Assembly (NCBI RefSeq): GCF_020885515.1
Contig: NZ_AP024987.1
Location: forward strand, 570,001 to 602,000
Reading direction: 5' to 3'
DNA: 32,000 nt
From: a cyanobacterium endosymbiont of Braarudosphaera bigelowii
GTDB lineage: Bacteria; Cyanobacteriota; Cyanobacteriia; Cyanobacteriales; Microcystaceae
The translations under genes were made by a program, and so were the position numbers. Positions within the stretch are counted from its first letter, which is position 1. Every line of letters starts with the position of its first letter. The notes below the pieces were generated by a model that searched no databases, had not been told where the DNA came from, and was given only the letters and a program-made list of their open reading frames with translations. Of the stretch, positions 1 to 10,051 are shown in pieces.

Positions 1-14
1 TATATATTTAAAAA

Positions 15-95
15 TATCTTATGATTAGATACTATCTTACAGCTCAATTCTACATAGTAGAATTAAGCTGTAAGATAGTATCTAATCATAAGATA
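15..95. repeat. 81-nt near-perfect palindrome (long hairpin)
   Basis: Checked base by base (i+j=110). Positions 15-44 pair with 66-95 (30 bp, perfect). There is one C/A mismatch at 45/65. Positions 46-53 pair with 57-64 (8 bp), leaving a 3-nt loop at 54-56. The gene upstream lies outside the window. Confidence 0.9.
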
Positions 96-598
96 AGAAG
101 TTATTATCTTAGATTCCGAAAATATTTTAGGTTTACACTTACAAAGCAATAAACTCAATATACCAATAGTAACTAGAAAATTTTGCGATAAGAATACTCG
201 ACGAACAACTAAATAAGTAAGAATATTATGTTTGAAAAAATATTATTTAATACTTTTACTGCTAATTTTTAATTTCACCTAAAATAAAATGTCATTATAT
301 AAATTATAGATTTGTAAACTATAATTAAAGTCTAAATTAGTTTATTTGAATAGCTATTTTTTAGTATTAAATAGAATTAAGACGTTTTAATCAATGTCAT
401 AAATATTATTATTCATGATATAAAGCAGCTATACTTGTATCGTTATTTTTGGTAATAAAAAAAACATGACATTTTATATTCTTAATTAAGAAATTAAGCT
501 TATAGAAATTCCATACATTTTATACAACAAAATGAGGAAAAAGCTAAAAATATGAACTTTCTTTGTTCTCTCCTCCCACCCTATTTAAATATTAGCCT

Positions 599-1486
599 AT
601 GCCCTGGACTAGAACTATAACAACTATTATTGGTATCTTTTTTGCTTTAGGAATATTGATTATCGGCAAATGGCTTTTTACCATTGGACTATGTGTGATA
701 GTTTTTTTAGGACAATTAGAATATTTTCAGTTAGTCAAAGCTAAAGGAATTGTTCCTGCTACTAAAACAACTCTAATAGTATCTCAGATACTATTGATCG
801 CAGCAGCTATTGCTCCACATTTTACAGATGCTTTGTTTACTTTAGCAGGTACATTGATTTGTTTTTATCTTCTCTTTCAATCTAAATTAGCTAGTATAGC
901 CGATATATCTACTTCTATCCTAGGCTTATTCTATGGAGGATACTTACCTAGTTATTGGTTAAGATTAAGAGTCGGTTTTGACAGCACTATTACAAATATT
1001 AATATTGCAAATAATGATTTATTTGTTCAAAAATATTTACCTAATCTATGGACAAAATCTCAATTTTTTTCTCCTGCATTGAATATTACTTGTCTAGCCT
1101 TTAGCTGTATTTGGGCTGCTGATATTGGAGCATATATTATGGGTAAATCATTTGGTAAAACTCGTTTATCCAATATAAGTCCTAAAAAAACTGTTGAAGG
1201 CGCAATAGCTGGACTAATAGGAAGTATCATAGTTGCAGAAATTGGTTCTTGGTATTTAGGATGGCCTTATTGTTATTTAACTGGTATGGTTTTAGGAGTT
1301 CTAATTGGAATTGTAAGTCTTCTAGGAGATTTAACTGAGTCTATGATGAAGAGAGATGCAGGTGTAAAAGATTCAGGTAAGTTGATTCCTGGTCATGGTG
1401 GAATTTTAGATAGGACAGACAGTTATGTTTTTACAGCTCCTCTAGTCTATTATTTCGTAACATTGTTTTTACCACTCTTACAATAA
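599..1486 (+). CDS. cdsA: phosphatidate cytidylyltransferase (CDP-diglyceride synthase)
   Basis: 295-aa polytopic membrane ORF. It carries the C-terminal CDS signature ESMMKRDAGVKDSGKLIPGHGGILDRTDS. ATG start. Confidence 0.9.
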   Translation: MPWTRTITTIIGIFFALGILIIGKWLFTIGLCVIVFLGQLEYFQLVKAKGIVPATKTTLIVSQILLIAAAIAPHFTDALFTLAGTLICFYLLFQSKLASIADISTSILGLFYGGYLPSYWLRLRVGFDSTITNINIANNDLFVQKYLPNLWTKSQFFSPALNITCLAFSCIWAADIGAYIMGKSFGKTRLSNISPKKTVEGAIAGLIGSIIVAEIGSWYLGWPYCYLTGMVLGVLIGIVSLLGDLTESMMKRDAGVKDSGKLIPGHGGILDRTDSYVFTAPLVYYFVTLFLPLLQ

Positions 1487-1569
1487 GGAGTTTAACTATA
1501 TATAAACAATTTTAATTTTATTTAATATAATAATCTTGTCTGAGATCTACAATTATTCAGTTAAAAAAT

Positions 1570-1833
1570 ATGAAATTAAATTTTATAAAGTGGTTAAATT
1601 ATTTATTAGTAGCAAATATTTTTTTAATTTTTTTAGGATTTTTCTGGTTTTTAATAGCTTTAATTGGTCATTACTTCAATCTGCCCTTAGGCTTAAAATT
1701 ATGGTACAAATTATGGACAATATTATTTCAACCAGCCATTAGTATTTTATTTATTAGTGTTTTTGTTAACTGGTTAATTCAAAAAATTTTTATGAGTTTG
1801 AATACCATATCATCTAAAGAAAGCAAACAATAA
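1570..1833 (+). CDS. small hypothetical membrane protein (87 aa)
   Basis: An 87-codon ORF is long for DNA this AT-rich and therefore stop-rich. It lies on the same strand as cdsA and rpe, has two or three hydrophobic segments and five Trp codons. No family recognised. Confidence 0.45.
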   Translation: MKLNFIKWLNYLLVANIFLIFLGFFWFLIALIGHYFNLPLGLKLWYKLWTILFQPAISILFISVFVNWLIQKIFMSLNTISSKESKQ

Positions 1834-2059
1834 ACATAAATTATTTGTAATAGAAAATTACTTATTATAGGCCAATAATAATCTAAACAACATCTTATCT
1901 GTATTTATGCAACTAGTCTAGCAAGATTAAATCGCAAATATTTGTATAAAGTAATATGAATAATTAAGGTAAACTATATTGTATGAACATTATTTAATAA
2001 CAATCAAATAGATTATTTAATGTTGTTGCCATAATAGCTTACGCAAAACTACTATCATT

Positions 2060-2746
2060 ATGAATCAATCTAATAAACCTATTGTTATTTCTCCCTCCAT
2101 TCTCTCAGCTAACTTTAGTTGTTTACGAGAAGAAATTGAATTGGTTGACAAGGCAGGAGCAGACTGGATACATATCGATGTTATGGATGGCCGCTTTGTA
2201 CCAAATATAACTATTGGCCCGCTAGTGGTTGAAGCAATTCGTCCCTATACTAAAAAACCATTAGATGTTCACTTAATGATTGTAGAGCCTGAAAAATATA
2301 TTACTGATTTTGCAAAAGCGGGAGCCGACATAATCTCTATACATGCGGAAAATAATGCATCTCTTCATTTACATCGAACTCTTGGACAAATCAAAGAATT
2401 AGGTAAAAAAGCTGGAGTTGTTCTTAACCCTGCAACTTCTCTAGCATCTATTGAACATGTTTTAGAAATATGTGATTTGATCTTGATAATGAGTGTTAAT
2501 CCTGGTTTTGGAGGACAAAAATTCATTCCTTCAATGGTAGACAAAGTTCATCAATTACGTCAAATGTGTGAGGAAAAGAGATTAACTCCTTGGATTCAAG
2601 TAGATGGTGGATTAAAATCAGAAAATACTTGGAAAGTTATAGAAGCAGGCGCCAATGCTATTGTAGCTGGATCTGCCATATTTAAATCCGCAGATTATGC
2701 AGAAGCTATTAAAGGAATCCGCGAAAGCAAATCTTCTATAAAATAA
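2060..2746 (+). CDS. rpe: ribulose-phosphate 3-epimerase
   Basis: Motifs [32 protein letters not shown] and QVDGGL. 228 aa, a typical Rpe length. Confidence 0.95.
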   Translation: MNQSNKPIVISPSILSANFSCLREEIELVDKAGADWIHIDVMDGRFVPNITIGPLVVEAIRPYTKKPLDVHLMIVEPEKYITDFAKAGADIISIHAENNASLHLHRTLGQIKELGKKAGVVLNPATSLASIEHVLEICDLILIMSVNPGFGGQKFIPSMVDKVHQLRQMCEEKRLTPWIQVDGGLKSENTWKVIEAGANAIVAGSAIFKSADYAEAIKGIRESKSSIK

Positions 2747-2918
2747 AAACAAGTTAATAATTGTTCACACTTATAGTAAATTATTGGCAATAGTTCTTAT
2801 TAAATTACTAAAAATACTATATATAAGATAATTAAATCATTATCCTAGTATAATTACTTACTTTTAAAATAGACTGAATTAAAAAAATTACTTAACTTTA
2901 GTCTCTAAATATAATTTA

Positions 2919-2938
2919 GGGCATAAGATACTATGCCC
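2919..2938. terminator. GC-rich stem-loop between convergent rpe and 2958-3461
   Basis: GGGCATA (2919-2925) pairs with TATGCCC (2932-2938) around a 6-nt loop. This is the only GC-rich hairpin in the spacer and both flanks are A/T-rich. Confidence 0.55.
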
Positions 2939-2957
2939 CTACTATAGTCTATTTTAA

Positions 2958-3461
2958 TTAATCAAAATAGAAGAGTGTTACTAGTTTTCTCTGTTCCTCT
3001 GCTTCTTCACAGGTTTGTAGTAGGGTATGACTATCATGAAAAGCAAAGCAAATAAGTTGCTGACATCGAGATATTATTTCTCGATTACATAAAGCACTGG
3101 CTTCTCCTAAAGACAAACTGTCATTATCAGGATTTTCTACTAAATGAATTACTCTTTCTAACTGTTTTTTTGATTCCCTAGGCTGCTTATTTAAACTTTG
3201 GGGCAAAATTACAGTAAGAAGACTTGGATCTGCTCTCATTGCTCCTTTAATAGCAGCTGCATTAGTTCCCGTAGCTCCTGATGTCATTAAACGATTTCCG
3301 CCCAATACTAGAGCGTAACTCATCATTTCAATTAATTGCTGATGAGTAATAGGTACATGGCGAGAACCTAATAAAGCAATTCTCTTAGAACCTGTTTGCT
3401 GTATTGCAGCAAGTTCTTGCGCCAAAGTATCTAAGGTAAGAATATCAAGTGATTGACTCAA
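2958..3461 (-). CDS. small DprA/Smf-like Rossmann-fold (SLOG-type) protein
   Basis: 167 aa. The pattern IALLGSRHVP...LMTSGATGTNAAAIKGA resembles the DprA core (GSR...SGxAxGxDxxAHxGA). TTG start at 3459-3461, preceded by a GAGGA Shine-Dalgarno-like sequence. No other DprA domains are present. Confidence 0.5.
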   Translation of the reverse strand: MSQSLDILTLDTLAQELAAIQQTGSKRIALLGSRHVPITHQQLIEMMSYALVLGGNRLMTSGATGTNAAAIKGAMRADPSLLTVILPQSLNKQPRESKKQLERVIHLVENPDNDSLSLGEASALCNREIISRCQQLICFAFHDSHTLLQTCEEAEEQRKLVTLFYFD

Positions 3462-3594
3462 AGATCCTCTTCTATATTAAATAAACGTACGCCATCTTAA
3501 CAAAAGTTTCTTGATTGTGGTACAGACTTTACAGTTTTTCTTAATCTAATTTTTTACTAGTTAAGTTAAAACGTAGAAAAATATGATTTAAGAT

Positions 3595-3855
3595 CTAAAA
3601 AGATAAGTATTTTTTTAGATTTTTTTCTAACTGTACTACAGATATACGAGGGGAGAAGCGAGGAATAATTCTTTCTCCTTGAGGTAATTTTTGATATAAA
3701 ACAGGAATCTCAAGTTGAAATATTTCGAACCATTCTTCAGAGGTAGTGATATCTCTTATCTCTAATTCAAATTTTAAGTCTTGCATCTGTTTTAACTTTT
3801 TTTGTAATCCTTCGCATAGATGACAACCTGGTTTTGTATATAAAATAAGATGCAT
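3595..3855 (-). CDS. glutaredoxin-like thioredoxin-fold protein (DUF836-like)
   Basis: Contains the CxxC motif LYTKPGCHLCEGL. I chose the internal ATG at 3853-3855 (MHLILYTKPGC...). The longer track ORF, reaching 3954, would overlap the upstream ABC ATPase by 83 nt. Confidence 0.7.
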   Translation of the reverse strand: MHLILYTKPGCHLCEGLQKKLKQMQDLKFELEIRDITTSEEWFEIFQLEIPVLYQKLPQGERIIPRFSPRISVVQLEKNLKKYLSF

Positions 3856-3871
3856 AATTAATTCCTGTAAT

Positions 3872-4972
3872 TCATATGGACAATAAAGAAAATTCTTTTC
3901 TTTTATGCATTTTAAAAGGAACTGCTGGAAATACTTGAGGAGATTGAGGAACAATAATTAGTTGAACTCTTGTACCAATAGGTAATTGAGTTTGTAACGT
4001 CGTTCTTGCATTAATTTGGCAGCCAGAAGGAGTCTTAAGACAATAACAATATTCTCTCCCTAAAAATTGGCGATCACAAATTACAATTTCACCTGTATCA
4101 TCTGGCTGTAAAGTAATATCTTCTTGTCTAACCATTAAATCTCCTTCAGGAATGTTTTCAAAAGTTGAAGGAGCCTCCCATTGACCTATTTCTGTTGTCC
4201 AAAGCCTTCCTTTTCGTTTGGCAGGAATAAAATTAGCTTGAGTAACAAACTCTGCAACAAAGCGTGATGAAGGATGTGTATAAACTTCTTCAGGAGTTCC
4301 AAACTGTTCAATTTTTCCATAGGACATAACCCCTATTTTATCAGATATTGCTAAAGCCTCTTCTTGATCATGAGTAACAAAAATTGCTGTAATACCTGTT
4401 CCTTTTAAGACATGACGAATCTCATGTCTTAATTGCAAACGGACTTGTACATCAAGGTTGCTTAATGGTTCGTCTAATAAGATTAATGCAGGCTTAGGAG
4501 CTAGAGCTCTAGCTAAAGCTATCCTTTGTTGCTGTCCGCCGGAGAGTTGATGTGGATATCGCTTTTCAAGCCCTTCTAATCCAACTAAGGCTAAAGACTC
4601 ACCAACACGTTGCTTTACTTTATTTCTACTTAAGTTTTTCTTTTTTAAGCCAAAAGCAATATTGCTAGCAATATTTAAATGAGGAAATAGTGCATAATCT
4701 TGAAAAACCATACCTGTATTTCTATATTCAGGAGGTATTGATTCATAGGGACTAGCTATTATATTCCCAGCTAATTCTATAGTTCCAACAGAAGGTTGCT
4801 CAAATCCTGCAATTACACGCAAAAGAGTAGTTTTTCCGCATCCTGAAGGGCCAAGCAATCCCAGAATTTCTCCTTGCTTCAACTTAAAGCTAACTTGATC
4901 AATAGCTGCCGTTGTATGATTGAGAAACTGTTTAACGATGTGATCAACTTGAAGGATAATAGAATCTGTCAT
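3872..4972 (-). CDS. ABC transporter ATP-binding protein (FbpC/PotA/CysA-like importer ATPase with C-terminal regulatory domain)
   Basis: Walker A GPSGCGKTT, ABC signature LSGGQQQRIALARAL, Walker B ILLDEPLSNLD. The C-terminal extension of about 120 aa is typical of iron/polyamine/sulfate importer ATPases. Substrate not determinable. Confidence 0.85.
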   Translation of the reverse strand: MTDSIILQVDHIVKQFLNHTTAAIDQVSFKLKQGEILGLLGPSGCGKTTLLRVIAGFEQPSVGTIELAGNIIASPYESIPPEYRNTGMVFQDYALFPHLNIASNIAFGLKKKNLSRNKVKQRVGESLALVGLEGLEKRYPHQLSGGQQQRIALARALAPKPALILLDEPLSNLDVQVRLQLRHEIRHVLKGTGITAIFVTHDQEEALAISDKIGVMSYGKIEQFGTPEEVYTHPSSRFVAEFVTQANFIPAKRKGRLWTTEIGQWEAPSTFENIPEGDLMVRQEDITLQPDDTGEIVICDRQFLGREYCYCLKTPSGCQINARTTLQTQLPIGTRVQLIIVPQSPQVFPAVPFKMHKRKEFSLLSI

Positions 4973-5216
4973 AACTAAGGGGCTTTAATGATAAGTTAGA
5001 AATTTTTAGTTGGAAATTATAAGTTTAGGTTTCAAAGGTAAATGAGAGAAGCCCTGATAAAGATTTCTTGTTTTTAGAGGATTCTTTAAGTTATCTTCAT
5101 AAGTATCCAACTAGGACTAATTTTCAATAAGTACCCTTAACCTGTTACATAATAACATTTCTCCAATTTTTTAAATAAAAAATTCGTAAGAATGAATAAT
5201 ATTTAGCTTGAAGCTT

Positions 5217-5936
5217 ATGTATAAAGAAAATAATTTTTTAGATTGCTGGTTTGATCTGCTCCTAGTGCCACAAGGGGCAGAATATCAAGCAGTTCTTAAA
5301 GGGATTAGTAAAAGTTCTAGTAAGGTAAAACTTAAGTCCGTTCCTGCAGGAGTTAAGGCTATTACCAAATTCTTAGAAGAATGGGAACAAAATTCCTATT
5401 TTCTCAAAGAATTACCCCAAACTGTCATGATGATAGGTTTGGGCGGAAGTCTATCTCCTAAGAATTCAATCGGAGACATAGTGGTATATAAAGAATGTAC
5501 TTCACTACAATCTCAACTAAATGAATATAAGCAATGTGATATTTTTTTAAGTCAGTTAGTACTTAAAAAGTTAAAAGATAAGTGTATTCTAGGTAGAGGA
5601 ATAACGAATCATTATGTTATATCTTCGGCAAAAGAAAAACAAACTTTAGGTAAAATATATAAAGCTGATGTAATTGATATGGAGGGGCTAGCTTTATTAA
5701 ACTGGGGTCGAAAATGGAATATTTCAGTTATTATTATCAGAATTATTAGTGACAGTTGTCAGCAGGATATGCCAGATTTACGCAATGTTTTTGATATTGA
5801 TGGTAACCTAAAATATTTTCACTTAGCCATTCAAATGATTAAAAAACCATTATTGTCTATTGATCTTATATGTAGTTCTCTGAAAAGTTTAAACGTCTTA
5901 AGAAAATCTATAAAACAGTTAATGTTCTGTTTATAA
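5217..5936 (+). CDS. PNP_UDP_1-family nucleoside phosphorylase/nucleosidase-like protein
   Basis: Patterns GLGGSL...GDIVVY...DVIDMEGLALL resemble the MTA/SAH-nucleosidase and phosphorylase family 1. Start set at the ATG at 5217; the track uses TTG at 5208. Confidence 0.55.
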   Translation: MYKENNFLDCWFDLLLVPQGAEYQAVLKGISKSSSKVKLKSVPAGVKAITKFLEEWEQNSYFLKELPQTVMMIGLGGSLSPKNSIGDIVVYKECTSLQSQLNEYKQCDIFLSQLVLKKLKDKCILGRGITNHYVISSAKEKQTLGKIYKADVIDMEGLALLNWGRKWNISVIIIRIISDSCQQDMPDLRNVFDIDGNLKYFHLAIQMIKKPLLSIDLICSSLKSLNVLRKSIKQLMFCL

Positions 5937-5985
5937 TAAAAAGTAATATTTCAATAACACTTTTCAGAAGATACTAACTATATAA

Positions 5986-6021
5986 AGTAGTAAGTAATAA
6001 GTAATCTTACTACTTACTACT
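5986..6021. terminator. hairpin between convergent genes 5217-5936 and 6036-6485
   Basis: AGTAGTAAGTA (5986-5996) pairs with TACTTACTACT (6011-6021), 11 bp perfect. After one mismatch, 4 further pairs form (5998-6001 with 6006-6009) around a 4-nt loop. Confidence 0.55.
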
Positions 6022-6035
6022 CATTTAACGTTTCT

Positions 6036-6485
6036 TTAAATATCCCCTCTTATTTCCTCAATTACACCATCACGGATAACAATTTCTATATTGAGTTTTT
6101 GAATTAAGTTATCTCCTTTTTTAGCTTGAAAAAAATTTTCTATTTGTCCTTGAACTACTTCTTGGTCTAATTCAACAACTTGAACTTGTTGAATTTGCTG
6201 CAAAAATTGATTTTTTTGTTCTAATATCTCACTTTTCTTATGATTAGCTTGAAGGTTTATATTATCAATTTGTTGAGTAACTTGAGAACTAGAAGAAGAA
6301 GCATTTTGCTTTTTAAGTTCAGAAATTGCTCTTTTTTCTTGCATTTCTATCTGTTGTATTTGATTGTCAAGCTGATTAATCTGTGATTGTAATTGCTGTT
6401 GCATTTCTTCTTTCCAACGAGCAGTTACTATTACTTTAAGATTAACTGGTCTTTTAAGTAGTAAGCTAGTGTTTATTTCGTCCAT
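6036..6485 (-). CDS. Gln-rich coiled-coil protein, YlqD-like
   Basis: 149 aa. The N-terminal NLKVIVTARWKEE is followed by a long Q/E-rich heptad-like region and a C-terminal beta-like segment. The YlqD family resemblance is from memory. Confidence 0.45.
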   Translation of the reverse strand: MDEINTSLLLKRPVNLKVIVTARWKEEMQQQLQSQINQLDNQIQQIEMQEKRAISELKKQNASSSSSQVTQQIDNINLQANHKKSEILEQKNQFLQQIQQVQVVELDQEVVQGQIENFFQAKKGDNLIQKLNIEIVIRDGVIEEIRGDI

Positions 6486-6534
6486 AAGTTTTATTAGTTT
6501 TTATTTTTAATGTTCTATATTTAGAAACAAATTA

Positions 6535-8451
6535 TTAAGAATTAAACATTTTATCAATAATAACCTGATAATGTTTCATAATAACAAGGCGTTTCATCTT
6601 TAATGTTTGAGTCATCATACTATTTTCAATAGAAAACGGTTCTAAGATAAAATCAAAAATTTTTATCAGATCATCGGAACGATAACCTGGGCGATTTTGC
6701 ACTTCTTTTTTCAATTCTTTGCGATATAAATCTTGAACTGTTTGTGAATAAAGATCATGATTATGTAGAAGAATTTCTGAATCGTTTTGTGATGGTATAT
6801 TCAAATGCAAGTTCTGACTTTCTACCCAAAACCTTAGCATGTCTAAGTTGGGAACTATTAAAGCTCCTAACATTTTTTGATCTTGCCCGACCAACATAAT
6901 TTGATCGATGTATACACTTCTTAAACAAGCATCTTCAATTGGTTGAGGTTCAATATTTTCTCCATTACTTAAAACAATAGTATCTTTAATTCTGCCAGTG
7001 ATTACAAGATCATTCATAGGAGTCAACCAGCCTAAATCTCCACTATCAAACCATCCCTGAGGATCTTTAACTTTATCCGTTTCCTCCGCTTTTTTATAGT
7101 ATCCTTGCATAACTTGTGGTCCTCTGATGAGTACCAATCCACACTTTCCTTTGGGTAAGGCTTGCCTAGTATCAGGATCTACAATACTAATTTCTGTTCC
7201 AGGAATTGGTTGCCCTGTCGTTCCTCTTAAATTATGCTTATGAGTACGTGCATTTGTAACAGGGGAAGTCTCTGTGAGACCATATCCTACTAGTATAGGA
7301 ATATCAATAATCTCATAAAAATCATCTAAATGTTTTGCGAGAGATCCTCCTCCACTAATAAGTGTTTTAAAATTACCTCCTAGATTGTCTTGAATTTTAC
7401 GATAAACTAACTTATTGGCTATTTTGTGTATAGGGTAAAGAGCAATAAATTTCATACAGGCTATCGTTCTTTTTTGAAAAGAAGGTTTTAAATCTTCTAG
7501 ACTAAGGCAATTAAAAATACGTCTATATGAAATAAATTTTAGAGAAGTTTCAAAAAAATATTTTATTATTCTTTTTTGTATAGCACTTTGTTCTCTAAAC
7601 TGTTTTTGTATAGCTTCATATAAAGATTCCCAAAGACGAGGAACACCAACCATATGGTGTGGTTTAAATTTCTTTAAATCACTTTTAAAATTACGAATAT
7701 TTGTATATATTAAGGTGCATCCTTGAGAAAGTAAAAAATATTCTGCACTGCGTTCATAAGAATGCCAAGATGGCAATATACTGAGAATACGATCACCCGG
7801 TTCAGGCTTAATTATAGTATCTAAATTTCTAACTTGATGAAGTATATTGCCATGAGATAACATAGCACCTTTTGGTTTTCCTGTTGTTCCTGATGTGTAA
7901 ATTAAAGTAGCTAGATCCGTATCTTTTTTAAGAGTAGGTCTTAGGTCAAAGTTTTTACCAAGTTCCATGAGCTCAGTAAAATTTAAAACCTTTACAGGAA
8001 TTGTTACATCATCCTTCTCATCACTTAATAAAATAATCAAACGTAAATTAAGTTGATTTGAAAAAGAATATAACTTTTCTAAAGTTTTTATATTTTCTAC
8101 GATAAGTATACTACTATCACTATCTTGAAGGATATGAATTAACTCATTTGGATCTGATTGAGAAGATCTCACTGAATTTGATGCCCCTGCAAGCATTAAA
8201 CCTTGATCAGCTATGAACCAGCGAGGACTATTATCAGCAATTAAACAAATCTTTTCATTTTCTAAAATTCCTAATGATTGAAGCCCAGACGCAAAAATTT
8301 TTAACTGTTCATATAGTTGAGAAAAAGTGAGTTTAACTTCTGGTTTGCTATGAGGATCATAAAGTGCAATGATATCAGCAAATTTTGTAGCTGTAATTGC
8401 CCATATTTCCGATAAAGCTTGTAAATTACGATATTCGCGAATAGTTGTCAT
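6535..8451 (-). CDS. aas: long-chain fatty acid AMP-ligase (acyl-ACP synthetase type of cyanobacteria)
   Basis: 638 aa. AMP-binding motif YTSGTTGKPKGAML plus GYGLTETSP. Cyanobacterial homologues of this length function as acyl-ACP synthetase. Confidence 0.85.
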   Translation of the reverse strand: MTTIREYRNLQALSEIWAITATKFADIIALYDPHSKPEVKLTFSQLYEQLKIFASGLQSLGILENEKICLIADNSPRWFIADQGLMLAGASNSVRSSQSDPNELIHILQDSDSSILIVENIKTLEKLYSFSNQLNLRLIILLSDEKDDVTIPVKVLNFTELMELGKNFDLRPTLKKDTDLATLIYTSGTTGKPKGAMLSHGNILHQVRNLDTIIKPEPGDRILSILPSWHSYERSAEYFLLSQGCTLIYTNIRNFKSDLKKFKPHHMVGVPRLWESLYEAIQKQFREQSAIQKRIIKYFFETSLKFISYRRIFNCLSLEDLKPSFQKRTIACMKFIALYPIHKIANKLVYRKIQDNLGGNFKTLISGGGSLAKHLDDFYEIIDIPILVGYGLTETSPVTNARTHKHNLRGTTGQPIPGTEISIVDPDTRQALPKGKCGLVLIRGPQVMQGYYKKAEETDKVKDPQGWFDSGDLGWLTPMNDLVITGRIKDTIVLSNGENIEPQPIEDACLRSVYIDQIMLVGQDQKMLGALIVPNLDMLRFWVESQNLHLNIPSQNDSEILLHNHDLYSQTVQDLYRKELKKEVQNRPGYRSDDLIKIFDFILEPFSIENSMMTQTLKMKRLVIMKHYQVIIDKMFNS

Positions 8452-9274
8452 AGAATCTACTTTAATAACTTTTTATCCTATTACATTAAGCTAACTAATA
8501 ATAAAATAAATAGTCAAAATTTTCTTTTTTTAGAGTCAATAGTAACATTTTAATATTAATGATTATTGATTTTTTTAAATACTTTTGTATTTTTTAAAAA
8601 GATTAGTATTAATTGCCCTTGAATTAAATCTAATAAAATTAGGAGTTAAAATAATACTTACTATCTTAGCCTTTTATTCCAGAGTAATTTCAATAATTTT
8701 ATAAATTTATTGTAGGTACTCTTATATCGATTTAACTCTTTTGTTATTGAAATATATTCTGTTAGAGATATACATTCAACTTGACTATCAAAATACAAAA
8801 ATAGATAGTAAGAAATATGCAAAGATTACTAGTGATTTAAGAATTATTAACCTATAACTTATACTCAATTTCTACTTTATGTTAGCTAAGAATCAACGAT
8901 ACTATTATATTTAGAAGGATGCGGCGTTATTAGAATAACTGTATTAAGAGATAAGTATCTGAACAATGCTAATAAAAGAATAATTCATGTGTTCTAAATA
9001 ATTACTTTTCCTCTATCTAATAGCTTTTTCTTAATATGTAAATAAACTAAAAGAATCTTTTCAAAGAAGTATAAATAACAAAATTTTAGGTTTAATTACT
9101 AAACTTATTAGAAGCTAAAAATAGCTAAGAAAATTAGATTTGGTATTTTCATAACTTTTAACTCTTTTTTAATTTTTCTAACACAGCAATAATCAAATAA
9201 CTCTAAATAGTTTGTCTAAAGCAGAAAAATTGGGTAGTTGACTTTAACTGTAAAACAATTCATTTTCTATATTT

Positions 9275-10051
9275 TTACTGTAGAGATTCTTTTTGTAAAT
9301 TTCGAGCTTTAAAGAAAGTTTCCAAACTATGAGCATCACCAATATAACGCCAATGCCAAGGCTCATAACTAATATTTTGAATATTATTCGGTGGAAAAGA
9401 TAGCTCAAAATTATATTTAGCTGCATTTTTTCTTAGCCACTGAAAAAGAGGAGTATCTTCAAATTCCACATTTAAATGTGTTGAAGGAAAGTCACTGTCT
9501 CCAATATCAATTGCATATCCTGTATGGTGTTCGCTATATTGAGGAGGAGCGCTAACTTCAGCTCTTTTTCTTGTCTCCTCATTTTGCTGACGCTTTACTT
9601 CAAAAAATAAATATTCTTGCTGACTAAAAGTTCTAAATCCAGATATTGGAATTAAAGTAAAACCGTTCCTTTTCGCATCTTGTTGCATTCGCAAGAAACT
9701 TTTAGCTGCTTTTTTTCTTAATTTAATACGCCCATCGTTAGTGACTGAATTTAACTCACTTAAAGAGGCTTCAGTATAAGATAAATGACCGAGAACATTT
9801 TCAATCTTACTAGTAATTAAATTTGGCGAAGGAGTAGTTTTAGTTATTGAATTAGAAGAAAAAGACGGTTTCTGCGATGCTGAGAAAAAGATTCGTATTA
9901 TCAAAAAAATACTAAAGCCAAAAACTCCAAAACTAACTAGCCCTATTACAGTGAAATTAGTTCTTTGTGATATAGTAAGTTTATGGTTAGGAGCATCCCT
10001 CGATGCTTCAGGTATATCTAAGGGCATTCCTTGTTTTTGTTTTCCCTTCAT
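9275..10051 (-). CDS. D-alanyl-D-alanine carboxypeptidase (VanY / peptidase M15B), membrane anchored
   Basis: N-terminal transmembrane segment. Zn-ligand motifs SEHHTGYAIDIGD and EPWHWRYIG are typical of the VanY family. Confidence 0.85.
   Translation of the reverse strand: MKGKQKQGMPLDIPEASRDAPNHKLTISQRTNFTVIGLVSFGVFGFSIFLIIRIFFSASQKPSFSSNSITKTTPSPNLITSKIENVLGHLSYTEASLSELNSVTNDGRIKLRKKAAKSFLRMQQDAKRNGFTLIPISGFRTFSQQEYLFFEVKRQQNEETRKRAEVSAPPQYSEHHTGYAIDIGDSDFPSTHLNVEFEDTPLFQWLRKNAAKYNFELSFPPNNIQNISYEPWHWRYIGDAHSLETFFKARNLQKESLQ

Noticed and set aside
1536-1742. 68-aa ORF overlapping 1570-1833 in another frame
   Set aside because: It is shorter and starts at a non-ATG codon. It has no coherent hydrophobic-segment pattern, and the alternative frame gives the longer, Trp-containing membrane-like ORF.
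3856-3954. N-terminal extension of the glutaredoxin-like ORF as given in the track (start 3954)
   Set aside because: The extension would overlap the ABC ATPase CDS by 83 nt and adds non-conserved sequence. The internal ATG at 3855 gives a standard protein of about 86 aa with the CxxC motif near its N-terminus.
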